Origin: Eledone cirrhosa | Taxonomy: Eukaryota | Direction: 5' to 3' | Assembly (NCBI GenBank): GCA_964016885.1 | Contig: OZ024740.1 | Span: 128,402,001-128,466,000, forward strand | Length of the DNA stretch: 64,000 nt | Part shown: positions 25,456 to 39,231 of the stretch, one piece after another | Layout: each line of letters begins with the position of its first letter | Position numbering within the stretch: the first letter of the stretch is position 1 | Made by a program: the position numbers and the translations under genes | Notes under the pieces: generated by a model | Seen by the model: only the letters and a program-made list of their open reading frames with translations | Told to the model about the DNA's origin: nothing | Databases searched by the model: none

Positions 25456-25479
25456 TATATATATATACTCAGTTTACTC

Positions 25480-25701
25480 AGCTGTAGAAATGAGATGATA
25501 GGGACTGGGGTCCAAATCATTCCACTGCAAAGTGGTCGTGTAGGTGCCACGGCAAAAAAGCACCCAGCACTCACTGTAAATGAGGTTGGTGTTAGGAAGG
25601 GCATCCAGCTGTAGAAATCAAGCCAGAATCAGTTCCCGTCCCACCCTTGCAAGCAGGGAAAAAGCGGACGTAAAATGAAATGATGATGATGATGATGATG
25701 A
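25480..25701 (+). mobile_element. Short RTE-tail element (SINE-like or chimeric 3' UTR)
   Basis: Body matches 24238-24332; tail matches 42524-42585. Confidence 0.75.
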
Positions 25702-26601
25702 TATATACTTGTGTATAAATAGTTTTTTCCATGAAAATATGACATGAAAACTTTGCATGCAGCTTATCTATTGAGCCTACAGAATCTCACCTCAAATTCT
25801 TTGCTAGATGTTGTATGCTAAATGAAATGCATACACTGATGTAACGTATAAGCATATATATGCACAAACACACACAAACTACAAATATATGTGTGTGTGT
25901 CATCATCATCATCCTTATTATTCCATTTTCTACACTAGCATGGTTTGGAGCAATCGTCGCAAAACAAAATAGTGTTTATTCTGTGTTAGTGACCTCTAAT
26001 GGGGCACATCTCACTTATGTACATTCCCAAGTTCTACAGTGCGGAATGGGGGAATTTTATTGTGGAATGTTGCATGTCTTTGATACAACTTAAAAATCCT
26101 GTTCAACCTTTGTTTGACAGCTGGTTGCCCTTGCTATCACTTTATAGTATGTATTTATTTCTTATTAGTTTATAAGTATACAGAGTTGATCCCGTTTTGA
26201 TTTTGTAAAGAAGAGAGTATATATTTTAATAGGCAAAATATTATGAAATACAGGATAGTAGTGATATAATTTGGAATGATGCAGCTGCTACCAAAACTAA
26301 GATTCTAAACAGGATCAGTAAGTGAGCGACTAACTGATTCCTCCAGCTACTAGAAATAGAAGTAAAATCTATCTCCCACAAATCATACCCTACTGTCTTA
26401 AAAAGGACATTATTAGAATGTTTTTCATTGTAGCTTTACTTAGTTAGGGTTGGCCAATCATTAAACAAGATCAACAAAAAATGACCCTGCAAGGAAACTG
26501 TTATACTGTGATCTAACCTATTTCTCAGATGTATAACAATTGAGAATTGTTTCTAAACATGTTCTTGGTGACTTTCATCATCACCATTGGTATTATTATT
26601 A

Positions 26602-26874
26602 TTTCATCCTTACGGGGTTGATAAAATAAAGTACCAGTAATACAATGGATAATTGCTGGCCTTGTGCCAAAAGTAGAAACAATTATTATTATTGAGTGGC
26701 AATATCAGTAGAATGTTGGAAAACATGCTTTGCAATATAGAGTTATGGCTCTTTATGTTCAAACCCTATCAAGGTTAGCTTTGCCTTTCATCCTTACAGG
26801 GTCGAGAAAATAAAGCACCAGTAATACACTGGAGTTGATGTAAATGATTTCCCCCCCATCTCCCAAAAGTCTTG

Positions 26875-26876
<2 letters not shown>
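26602..26876 (+). mobile_element. Two tandem Meta-domain-like SINE fragments
   Basis: TTTCATCCTTACGGGGTTGATAAAATAAAGTACCAG-type core occurs twice. Confidence 0.75.
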
Positions 26877-26941
<65 letters not shown>

Positions 26942-28724
26942 CACCACCACCACTACTACTACTGTTGTTGTTATAATGACTAATATTACAATCATCTGAG
27001 TGTTTATAACTACCAACCTGACAAACACTGCAGCAGCACCAATAGCAGCACAACAGGCAGTACTGAATCATTATTAAATGACCTAGAGAGCTATCATATC
27101 TGACCAAAAAGAAAGTTGTGCAAATGCATACTGTGTTGTAGCAGCAGTAAATTTCCTAGATACATAGTTTAGAAGTTTTGAATTGCTGTAATTATTATAG
27201 CTTTAGGGAAAGGAAAAATATATATATTTTCCTATCGCTCTCTGTTCATCTCCATCATCTCATTCTCACTCTTTCATAATCATTCTGTTCCCCCTCTATC
27301 TCTTCTTTCTCTTTCATATACACATACCCACACATGTTTACACATACATAGTGTTAGTGAATATATATTGAAATAAAATATTATGAACTTGTGTACATAT
27401 AAATACTCAAACATACACATACATATTTTATTGAAAAAATTAAAATATATAACAGAAAATGTGAGATACATTCAAATTTAATAAAAAAAAATATATATAT
27501 TTCAAACATATCATATCTGAGAATCTATGAAAGAAAAAATATGTCTCTATATGCATTTAAAAAATATTTATGACAAATCTATATAATTGCATGTATATAT
27601 GAATCTGCATATATATGTACTAGTAGAATACTTGCCCATGTTAAGAAGTAACTATAAATGGACAAGTAGCTATATATGGACCTAAATGAATTTTTCTGAT
27701 ACAGATGTGCTCTCAATATGAATAGCATATTTCATAATTGAAATGTGTATATGTTATATAATTAATTCTTGTACATCGTAAAAGAACATATGATTAAGTG
27801 AAAGTGAAAATAATCTTCATTCGTTTGTAAGTATTATCGAATAAATCAATTTATATTTTATTTAAATTTCATTTTACTATTTAGTCAGGGAGAAAAAAAG
27901 CAATGCTTATATCTATTTCAAGAGCCACCAAGTTAGGTAAGATGGAGAGAGGGAGATATCCTGAAACTTGATATGCTTGCAAAGGAGTGGACTCTTCTTA
28001 ATGGAGCCAAACCCGACAATATTTATGAACCAAGTAGATCATATCATAGTCTACATGGGTTGTAGTTTGCAAAGAGTCAGAGGAAATACTGAGAAGAATC
28101 TCACCTAACATTCTAATAATTCCACAAATCCATTGCTTTTGACTGATACATTATTTTCGAAATCCCCAAAGGGTGAAAGGCAAAATTAACCTCAGAAAAT
28201 TTTGAAGCATGAGCACCAAGCAAAAGAACAAATGCCATAAAATATTTTGTCTTATGCTGTTATGGCAATGCGAATTTGCCACCTACCTCTACATTTTAAA
28301 AGTGAATAGAAACTAGAGTGTTAGAGGTAAACCGCCTAAGGAAATACAATCATTAATGTTAAGTATAGAAACTTGTGTTCCTAGTGGTAACACACATCCA
28401 AATATTGGGAAACTGTCAGCAATAATTCACAGAAGTATTCAACTTTTTGTTTTATTCCTTTGATCACTAATGAAACAATAACTATGTTTTATGAGAAACA
28501 ACATTTGGAAATGTTACAATAAAACAAGGTTTATTGTAACCTTCAGATGAGTAAAAAAAACAATTTCTACTCTTTTTTTAAAGACACTGAATGAAAGGCT
28601 TGGAAAAGCTCCAGCCTTAATATCTTTTCTCAAATCATCATCTCATATTTAAAGAAGAAATGAAGGCCTCATATAATATATCATTTAAAATAAAAAAGAA
28701 ATGTTACACCCAATTAGAAAGGAT

Positions 28725-28857
28725 AACGGCCCTCGCCATTCTGAGTTAAAATCCCGAGGTTAACTTTGCCTTTCATCCTTACGGGGTCGATAAAATAATG
28801 TACCAGTAATGCACTGGGTAATTGCTGGCCTTGTGCCAAAAGTAGAAACAATTATTA
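28725..28857 (+). mobile_element. 5'-truncated Meta-domain-like SINE (inverted partial copy at 29321-29410)
   Basis: Core and 3' end match 60600-60846. Confidence 0.8.
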
Positions 28858-29599
28858 CACCAAATGTAAAGGAGGCCATATAAACTGTTATGAAGGAATC
28901 TGGACCTATTCTTAAAGCTATTCCTTGAGTAACAGCTCAGGAAAACATTGTATATTAAAGCAATTCAATATTGTAAGTATCTATCCAGTTAGATCTGTCA
29001 ATGCTTAGTCATATTACAATTTTCATTGCTTAAATGCATTCTTTATGAATCCCCTTTTCCAAAATAGCTTAAATCTGAAAGGGAGAGGAGTATTTGAGAA
29101 AAACAAAACAATATACCTTTTGTATAATATTAAAATAGTTTCATCTATTACACTCCAAAACTGGATGGTGGTTTTAAACTAGGTAATAGATTAAGGCCAT
29201 GACCCATGTAGGTCATAAGAAATAATAAAAATGTAATTTTAATTTTAAGCAAAAGAGAAAGAAATGGTAAGGAATGAAAGTAAGTAAAATAGGCAAGTGA
29301 GTGGAAGTAAGAGGTGGTATTAATTGTTTCTACTTTTGGCACAAGACCAGTAATTACCCAGTGCATTACTGGTACTTTATTTTATCGATCCCATAAGGAT
29401 GAAAGGCAAGTGAGTGAGTAAGAGAGAGTAGCTATACCTACATATATTGCAGATACCACAGATATTGCAACACACACACACACATATATAATACATATAC
29501 TCCTCTAAATACACATATATTGTACTGGTGACTTCAGCCTTCGATAAGTTACTCTTCACTCCTATATGCATCTCATACATCAGAAGATGTTATGTTGAC

Positions 29600-30800
29600 C
29601 AGATTTAGGAGATCAGCAAAGTATTCTCTGAAACCCATGAAGATATACTTCTTTTCAGAGTGAAGAACTGCTGAGGAGTTCCTGATAGCAAGCATGAACG
29701 GGAACTTTTTATAAAAAATTTGGTTGACAGTCTATCAGCTTATTTTATTTGTTGATTTAAAGTCAAACTACAGCCTAGTGCCAATCTCTCTCATGTCTTA
29801 ACCTTGCACACCTTTACTGCCTCTACAACAAGTTGTTGTACCTGCTTCCACTGCAAGTGCAAGAAGGAATACTTTTTTCCTCGCTAAGCTCTGTATGCCT
29901 TCTTCATTGATTAAACCAGGGGGTCCTCCTGCCACCCAGCACCACACTGAGCCATTTTCACCCCAGCACTTACAAAGTGAAGAAGAAACTGTTGAATTGA
30001 ATAATCTCTATTCTGTTTCAGGAAATACTCTGAATGTAGATGCAATATTAACTACATACCCAGTCCTGATCTACTCATCAGCTAGTGCTTCCAACTTTAT
30101 TCTCTATGTTGAACAAGACCTGTTAGTTTTGTGTATTATCTTGAATTTAAGTTGTCCTAGGCTTCAGATAACTAGATGGTGATTAGTTGACAGCTCAACA
30201 CCTCTCTTAACACAAACACCCACCACAGAATTGAAGAGATCAGACACAATAACGAAACCAATTACTGACCTCTACCCTAGATTTTCCATATTCCATTTAT
30301 ACAAAAGGATGTTCATAATAAAAAATCAATTGTCAGATCAGGCATCTGATAAGGCATTTAAATTGGTGTCACTGTTCCTCCCAATCTCTAATTTCCATGT
30401 CAGGTGATTAGTGTCAAAATGTGCATTGAAGTCTCCCAGTAAGATATATATATATGTCCATCTGATATTTAGAGCTGCAGTGAATTAAACAAAGAAGGGT
30501 TCGTAATCAGAGTCTGTTTGGCCCATAATTTTACACTATCCAGGGAGGCCATTTTATTTGCCTAAGATTCAAAATTCTCCCTCTAAATCAGAACCATACC
30601 ACAACACATTCTGATTGCTGGTCTTGTGAGTATCCCCACTTCTATCTGTACATTCCTATTTGGCACCATATTTGAAAAGTCGAGCTTCCATCCTCTATTG
30701 AAATCTACAGTACCAGAGTAATGGAAATATGTTGAGAAAACATCAATTGTATCTAACCCATACTATCAGGCCTCCACAACTAGACCCTGCTACTTAACCA
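29600..30800 (-). mobile_element. Highly decayed APE-type LINE fragment
   Basis: ILLGDFNAH near 30420-30445 and TPWFN near 29910-29930 on the minus strand, in the expected order. Confidence 0.45.
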
Positions 30801-31639
30801 TAAAGGCTATAATATTACAGATGCCAGTTGTTAAGTTTTGCACCCTTCTGAATCATTTTTAGGGTCCTGGTGGTACACATCCTAGATGTATCTTTCGCAC
30901 ACCTATTAGGACTGGCCACAGGCCCAATACTAGTCTTCCTTGCTTTGGATGGAGACTGCAAAATATATTTCAAATTACTTCCTCTAACTAAGGCTTGAAG
31001 CTGTTCTTTGTTACCCCATGCAAAAGGCAATGCACTATGATTGCTTGTTTTTTTATATGTAACCTGACCATACTACAGTTTTTGATGGACATATTTATGT
31101 CAGTGACAAAATTAGGGAATTTTCTCAGCTCTATAAAGACTAGGTTTTTTTAAAGGTGATATGTACTCACGACATCATATGTATATTGCTGGGTTGTGAG
31201 AGATATCCTGAGACCCAAAAGTTTCACCCATTGTGTCATTTCCCATAGCAGCTTACCATATTTTAGTCTACAGATATTTATTTATCTGGCTAAGGCCACT
31301 TATATCATAACTAACCGCCATATCTGGAGGCTGTTACATCTGCAGCTGAAGATAATAAAATACTTAAATAAAAAAAGGTCTGCTCTGGCTGACTCATCTG
31401 TCATGGATCTCCAGAAATGCACTAAAGCAATGGCAATGAGGAGAAAAAAGTGATTGCCCTAATTCTAGAGCAATCTCCTTGTTAAGCTTTTCTGGTAAAG
31501 TCTACAGTAGTCTGGAATAAAGATGTTGGGGTAATGTCAAGTCTAAGCTAGCTGTCAAATAGTGTTAGTTTCCGTACAGTTATAGTCTAAATATTTACTC
31601 TGCTGCCAGTCTTCAAGAAATTGTGTGAGCATTGCCAAG

Positions 31640-32887
31640 AGGGGAATAGATATCAAAAAGGCATGAGATCACAGGCTGCATATTTGGTGTAGAACATTCT
31701 GCAGTGGTATGTGTTTCATGGACAACTTTTTCTTGCCTTGAGGTTTCTATACGAATAACGTAGAATTTGTGTTCAGTTACATGGTGTTAACACCTTTCAA
31801 TGTGAGTTTATGACTTTGCCAATGATGGGTATTATTACCTCTCTTGTACATAATCTTCATGAAAAGGACTAACATGTAAAGCTGGAGTCCAAATAATATC
31901 AAAATCAGGAGTAAGATTGGTTGACTGATATGTGCAGATTACATGATGCTATTTAACTCCTTAAAATGTGATCTCTGGCATGCACTGAATAAATTTGATG
32001 CCAAATGCTGCAAAGTAGGAAATAAATGCCAAGGTTGAGATATTTATCCTCCCAAGAAATCTTCTACAGTGCTCTTTACAAGGTCAACACAGAACATTTT
32101 GTCAATCCAAACTCCATCATATCTTTTGGGGAAAATTCTAACAGTTTGAATTATGCTGTCCGTAGTATTTTTGTCTTTCTCAACATCAGTGTCAGTGGAA
32201 TCATCACTAACACAAACACAATGATGATAAGGTATCTACTTAGAATATTCCATATCCATCTTCACAATTCTTAACTTGACATTCAGTATTCCTCTGATTC
32301 ATACTCTCCTCAATGAACTGTTTCATATTTATTGCTACTCGAAACATTTCCATTGATTTTTCAATCCAACTGTGAGGCACCATCTCATACTCCTTGTGAT
32401 AATCTATCCATGAGATTCCCAATAATGTTAATATCCTCTTACAATTCTTCATTACCATTTTGAGAATCAGTATTTGATCCTTGATGCTACCACTTCTTTT
32501 TCTTGCATCCTTTCTGCTCCCATGGCAAATACATTTTCTTTTACAAATGCCAGCTCAATTCTTTACATATTACACCTGTTAATAGTCTCTATAATAGAGG
32601 TATACAAGTGATTGGTCTAAAATTGCACACCATAATCCCATACCCTCTTTTTTCACATAGAATAATGTGCACCCAGTTACCATCCATTTTGGCAATCTAT
32701 TTTCCTGGATATATCCATCCAGTTGATTATCTTACTGTATATTGACATCAAGTTCTTAATCCAGTATCATTGAACACCATCTGGTCCTAGGCTTTTCCAG
32801 TTAGGCATTCTCGTGATCTGTTTCTTCATATATCACATATCAATTTGTACATTTACTTACATCTCTATGTCACTCAATTCTTCCTCC
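31640..32887 (-). mobile_element. Degenerate R4/Dong-like LINE fragment
   Basis: WIDYHKEYEMVPHSWI and KDQILI homologous to the RT at 35988-37544. Confidence 0.7.
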
Positions 32888-32919
32888 ATTATCATTATTA
32901 TTATTATTATTATTATTAT

Positions 32920-34697
32920 AGTTGCATTTATCTTGCTTTATGTTCATACGAGTTATCACCAAGTCACAACCAGTGACCTCAAGAGACAACAAGGTCCGCC
33001 ATGTTCAAGAAAGAACATACATACACACACATGCATCGTGGGTGTTTAGACTTGTGATGTACTTATATTAACAGAATCTTCCTTAGTATATGGGAAGTTC
33101 CCATTAGTACTTTCTTTTGTATTTCTCCGATACGCGGGTTTCCTGGGATTTGCGATAAGTAATCATTAGCCCCCTTAGGTATCATTCCTAGTGTGCCTAC
33201 AACCACTGGTATTGTTTTAGTTCTCAATTTCCACATATTTCCAATTTCTATCTCCAAGTCCTTATACTTGCTCAATTTTTCAAATGTTTTTATAGATACA
33301 TTCTTGTCTATTGGATCGGACATATCAATTAGCAGGCATACCTTCTTTTTAAAGTCCTTCAGTATTATATCAGGTCTATTTGCATCTATTTTTCGGTCTG
33401 TTTGGATGCTAAAGTTCCACAAGATTGAGATGTGATCTTTTTCAAGTATGGGAGGTGGTTGATGATCCCACCAATTCTTTTGATGGGGCAGGTCAAAATG
33501 CTTACACGTTATCCAATGTATGTATTGTGCAGCTCTGTCATGCCTGTTTAGGTATTCGGTTGGAGCTATAGGACTGCACATTGAAATTATATGATCATTG
33601 GTCTCTGGTTGTTTTTTTACATACACGGCATAATGGGCTGCATCCATTTTTTATTATGTTGGCTTGGTAATTTTTTGTTGGCAGACACTGATCTTGTGCT
33701 GATATAATCAGTCCAGAGGATGCCAACCACTGATGGGTTAAAGTTTTGTCAACATCAGGATTGTTAGTTCTTTCTGGGTATTTTCCATACAGAGGCTTTT
33801 CTTTCCATTTCTTAGCCAGTTTCTGTAGCAGTTCTTTCTTTGCAGTTACTTTTACCTGCTTTGCTTTTTGTGTGTTTTCCATTTCAGCAGTAAATGGGAC
33901 TTCTGAAATTTATAGTCCATTACTGGATCTTTGTGCATCTTTTGTAATGGAGTATGATCTTTTGATGCTTTCATGTTTCAAAACGAGTTTGATCATCCAA
34001 TCATGTGATTCCCTTAGATATGTAGATAATCCAATTGTTGCAGTTTTCAACGCAATATCTAACTGGATTAACCCACGTCCTCCTTCTTTCCTAGATATAT
34101 ATATATTCTACTGTATCTACCTTAGGGGGATGCATTCTGTGCATGGTTAAGAATTTTCGAATTTTTGTATCGAGCCTACGGATCTCTGTGCTTGACCAGT
34201 TGATGATATTGTAACTGTAGGTTACTACTTGTATGGCAAGCGTGTTTATGGCATCGATCCTATTCCTTGCATTTAATTCCGTTCTTAAGATTGCTCTTAC
34301 TCTGCAGTAACATTCCTTCCTTATCCTTTCCCTCATTGTTGAGTGCTTGATTCCGTCTCCTTCACAAACACCAAGATATTTGTAAGTTTCCTCTTGATCA
34401 AGTTCTCTTATCACATTCCCCCGATCAAGATTAATGTCTGAACTTTTCAGCAGCTTTCCTCTGGTGAACATTGCTTTGGCGCATTTATCTAGTCCAAACT
34501 CCATTTTAATGTCATCACTGAACTGCTCCACAGTGGATAATAGCCCTTGCAATTGTTCATCATTTTTTGCAAATAATTTCAGGTCATCCATGTAGAACAA
34601 GTGATTAATGGTTTTGTCATAGACTATATATCCATATTTTGTTTCATTGAGTATTTTACTTAATGGTATAAGTGCGATGCAGAATAAAAGCGGTGAT
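32920..34697 (-). mobile_element. R4/Dong-like RLE LINE, 5'-truncated
   Basis: FYMDDLKLF, YKYLG, CRVC, RHD, RPDIILKD..LIDMS (restriction-like endonuclease); (TAA)n at 3' end. Confidence 0.9.
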
Positions 34698-34712
34698 AAT
34701 TATTATTATTAT

Positions 34713-37572
34713 TCTTTGAGTCTCAGTCATTGTTGTTAGTTAATTGGAAAGTTTGTTGAAATGAATATCAAGCCACTACCTACAGCCTCAGATATTCAGG
34801 ACGTATCGGAGGGTTCTTGCTGTTCCCAGCAAGCATGCCTTTTGAAGCGTTCCAAAAAGCGTGAAGGGGCCAATTTTCTTTAACCATCCCTGGAAACTTT
34901 TGAGATAGTCCCTAGTGCGCCTATGACAATCGGGATCACTTTGACTTCATGGCAGTTCCAAATCTTTTTTACCTCCCACTTTAAGTCCTGGTATCGGCTA
35001 ATTTTCTCCCTCTCCTTCTCTTGCACTCTCGTGTCGAATGGGCAGGCCACATCCACAATCAGGCATGATCTTTTTTCTTTGTCCACAACCACCAGGTCAG
35101 GTCTATTGTGTTCCAGTTTCTTGTCCGTCTGTATCCTAAAATCCCACAGCACCTTCACCTGATCGTTTTCTATCACCAACTCTGGCTTATGCTCATACCA
35201 CTTCTCAGAATGTGGTAGATTGTTTACTTTGCATAGGTACCAGTGGATCACCCTGCCCTTCACATCATGTCTCCAGCCCTTATAGTGAGTCTGGGCTAGG
35301 TGTTTACACTCGGATACAATGTGAACCACAGTCTCCTCTCTCTCTCCACAGATCCTGCACAGTGGGCTAGCCTCCTTCTTGTAAATATGGTGTTTCAACC
35401 ACTTCGTTTTGAGGGCCTGCTCCTGCGCAGCCATTAACATTCCTTCTGTAGCCTTTTTAAGGTCTCCTCTTTTCAACCAGTTCCATGTCTGTGGATCTCT
35501 AAATTCAGTTTTCTCAAAGAAGGTACTATGAAGGGATTTTTCCTGAAGGCTGCTCTTACTCCTTGATGTTATTTCCTCCTTGGACATCCCCTGGCCTATT
35601 GTCCCCTCCTTCAGTACAGTTCTGAGCATTGGCTCCTTACTATCAGTCACGTATTTGTGTAGGTTGTTTTTCTCCATCTGAACACAGTCCTCTATGCTGA
35701 TAAGACCTTTTCCACCTTCAGATCTCCTTAAGTAGAGTCTATCGATATCACTCCTCTTGTGGAACATGTTGTAGATAGTCAATAGCTTCCTAGTCTTCCT
35801 ATCCATTTCTTTTTGTTCAGCAACATTCCATCTCAGTATTCCCGCACTGTACCTAATAATAGACACAGCTCGGGAATTTACTGCACTTAAGGCATTCTTA
35901 CTGTTCAGATGTGACTTTAATACGCTCCTTACTATCCGAATGTATTCAGTTATTATCAATTCCTTCATTTTTTTGTTCTTGATGTCATCAGCCTCCAGAA
36001 CACGCAAATACTTCTTCAGAGTCAATTTCCTTTATCATCTTACCTGTTGGTACCTGGATTCCGTTACTTCTGCTCAACTTACCCCTCTTCATCACAATGA
36101 CTCCACACTTACTAATACCAAATTGTATACATATATCATTGCTGAAAATACGGACAGTGTCAACAAGCACATCCAACTCCTTCTCACTCTTCCCGAAGAG
36201 CTTAAGATCGTCCATGAAGAGGAGGTGATTGATGGTAAGCCCTCCCTTTCCCAACCTGTATCCTGCTCTCACTTTTCGCAGTTCACTGGTCAAGGGCATC
36301 AGGGCAAGGACAAACAACAGAGGGGACAGACTATCTCCCTGGAAGATACCTCTCTTGATCTTCACGCTTCCCAAGGATTCTCCAGTTGATGTTAACTCTG
36401 TTTCCCAGGACTTCATACTTTTGCCCAACAACTGTCTGATGTTATCTACCACCTTGAAGATCCCCAGGCTTTTGGTGATCCAAGAATGAGGCACCATGTC
36501 AAATGCCTTTTTGTAGTCTATCCATCCCATGGCAAGACCAGTGTGTCTCCTCTTGCAATTCCTCATTACCATCTTATCAATAAGTAACTGGTCCTTTGTA
36601 CCACGTGACTTCTTTCGGCATCCTTTCTGTTCGTCCGGTAACAAGTTGTTTGTGTGGAGGTGATGGTAGATTTCCTCAGACATAATGCTTGTCAACAGTT
36701 TCCACATTACGGACAGACATGTGATAGGTCTATAGTTGGTAATATCATTACCCTTGATTCGGTCTTTCATTATCAGAACTGTGGTACCTTTTGTCAACCA
36801 CTCTGGTACCTCACCTGACATCAAGCAGTCATTGAACATGGTTGTCAGTTTTGGGTAGAGGGATGTTATATTTTTAATCCAATACTCCTGCACACCATCT
36901 GGGCCTGGTGATTTCCAGTTGGTTAGTTTTTTGGCCTGCCCCTTAAGAGTTTCAACTGTGATACTCAAATCAGTTTGTTGGTGTGCCTGTTCACTAATCT
37001 CCTTCTGCACTGTCTCAATCCACACTGCCTGATCATTATGTTCAACATCCTGCTCCCATATTCCTCTCCAGAATATTTTAGTTTGTTCCGCCTCAGGGAT
37101 CAATTCGTTGCCTCTTTCTTTCCCTTCAAGCTGTCCAAACAGCATCTTCTGGTTGTTGTCAAACATGCGGTTCTGTCTATACTGACTGACTCTGTTCTCG
37201 TATCGCCTGATTTTTGCACTCTTTGCTACAATGCGTTGCTTCAGTTCCTCTATGATAATATTTAGCTTTTTCCTCCTAGTTTTGTACTTTATTTCCAGTC
37301 TATTTTTAGTGTCTATGTTTTTTAGTGTCCCATTCATTAGGGACTTAAGCTTTCCGATGTCATTTCTCATTTCCCTGATTTGACCACTCAGTCGTTTCTT
37401 CCACCAAGGCTCTGATCTTTCTTGTCTGTTGTTTCCTCTCGCTTTTATACCAAGTAGTTTTCTCACCGTATTTGCTGTTGCTTTGAGGATATTGTTGCAC
37501 TGGTGAAGGCTCCTCGCCTCAAGGTATGGGATGACTTTGTTCACCTTAGCTGTTGTTTCTTTTAACTTTTTT
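34713..37572 (-). mobile_element. R4/Dong-like RLE LINE, 5'-truncated, frameshifted
   Basis: RT 35988-37544 (KSPGPDG, QGDSLSPLLF, FMDD); 34880-36025 with CCHC knuckle CRICGEREETVVHIVSEC, RHD, RPDL..VDVACP. Confidence 0.95.
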
Positions 37573-37573
37573 A

Positions 37574-37612
<39 letters not shown>

Positions 37613-37629
37613 ATTATTATTATTATTTT

Positions 37630-39022
37630 GAGCCCTTCAGTCTATAACAGAGGAGTTCAAGACCGGCTGCCCATTGGAACTCCTATACACAGATGATCTA
37701 ATGCTCATAGCTGAATCAATGGCTGTACTAGAAAAGAAATTCCAAACATGGAAGCATGGCCTAGAATCAAAAGGCCTTAAAATAAACCTTTCTAAGACTA
37801 AAGTTTTAGTTTGTAGGAAGGAAAATAGGGCACTGGTCCCATCTGGGAAATGGACATGCTCAGTGTGTAGGAAAGCAGTAGGCAGAAACTCCATTTTGTG
37901 TCCCCTAATGCAAAGTATGGGTGCATAAAAGATGTAGTGGGATCACAGGTAAGCTAACTAAGAATATAGATTTTATATGTGGCCGGAGCTCAGGTGCAAT
38001 GAGTAGCAGCAAGTGCCCACAGAATACTATCTCATTCCATTGCACAAATGGTTCTATAGAAATAGTGGACACCTTCCGTTACCTGTGTGACAAAATCAGC
38101 AGTGGTGGAGGGTGCTCTGAAAGTACAGTAGCTAGAGTCAGAACGGGATGGAAAAAGTTCTGAGAGCTTATACCACTATTGGCCGCTAAAGGGTTCTCTC
38201 TAAAAATGAAAGGCAGGCTGTATGATGCCTGCATACGAACAGCAATGTTACATGGCAGTGAGACTTGGGCATTGTGTGCAGAGGATATATGCATACTGGA
38301 GAGGAATGAAGCTTGCATGCTCCGTTGGATGTGTAATAGTAATATGCGTGAACGGCAAAGCATAAATGAACTAAGGGAGAAATTAGGAATAAGAGGGATC
38401 AGATGTTGTTTACTCGAGAGAAGACTACGTTGGTATGGTCATGTAATGTGCATGAAAGACGACAGCTGTATAAAAAAGGCAGGGCGATAAAAATAGACGG
38501 TAGCCACGGAGTAGGCAGACCCAGAAAAACCTGGGACGACTTGATAAATTCCGACCTCACACACATACACCTCTCCAAGACAATGTCACTGGACCGAGAT
38601 CTTTGGCGCTACACAGTAATACAGAAGACCCGCCTTGCCTAAGTACAAAGCGAAACATACAGTCAGTAGGCACTTCTTAACAAAAATATACCCCCGTCCC
38701 ACTACCCCCACCCCATCCACACCACCCCTTTCGATGTAAAGTCATGTTGGTACCACAACATCCAGTCTGAAATAAATGAGGTCGTGTAGGTGTCACGACA
38801 AAAAAAACACAGTCCACGCTGTAAAGTGGGCATGTAGGTAACGCGGTAAAAACCTCCCAGTCCACACTGTAAATGTGGTTGGTGTTAGGAAGGGCATCCA
38901 GCCGTAGAAAACCCGCCAGACAGTCCTATGCGAGCAAGACAACCAATCTTGCCTCAAGTGTCAAAATTCCCGTCCAAACCAATGCAAGCATGGAAGATGG
39001 ACGTTAAAGATGATGATGATGA
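37630..39022 (+). mobile_element. 5'-truncated RTE LINE (long 3' UTR type)
   Basis: LLYTDD, PHD-like finger, MLHGSETW, GRPRKTW, hairpin plus (GAT)n tail. Confidence 0.9.
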
Positions 39023-39154
39023 TTGTTTGTTTTTTTCTTTTCTTTCAGTATTGTTTCCGTTCTTGTTGATTGTCTACCTGACACCTAGGGTAAATAAACT
39101 CACTGTATACATTGGTAAGTCAGTTAATACATCATATTGATTAGGTTTATGGTT

Positions 39155-39220
<66 letters not shown>

Positions 39221-39231
39221 TATATATATAA

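Noticed and set aside
29670-29710. CTGAGGA-GTTCC...GGAAC hammerhead-like start
   Set aside because: No GAAA or stem III follows
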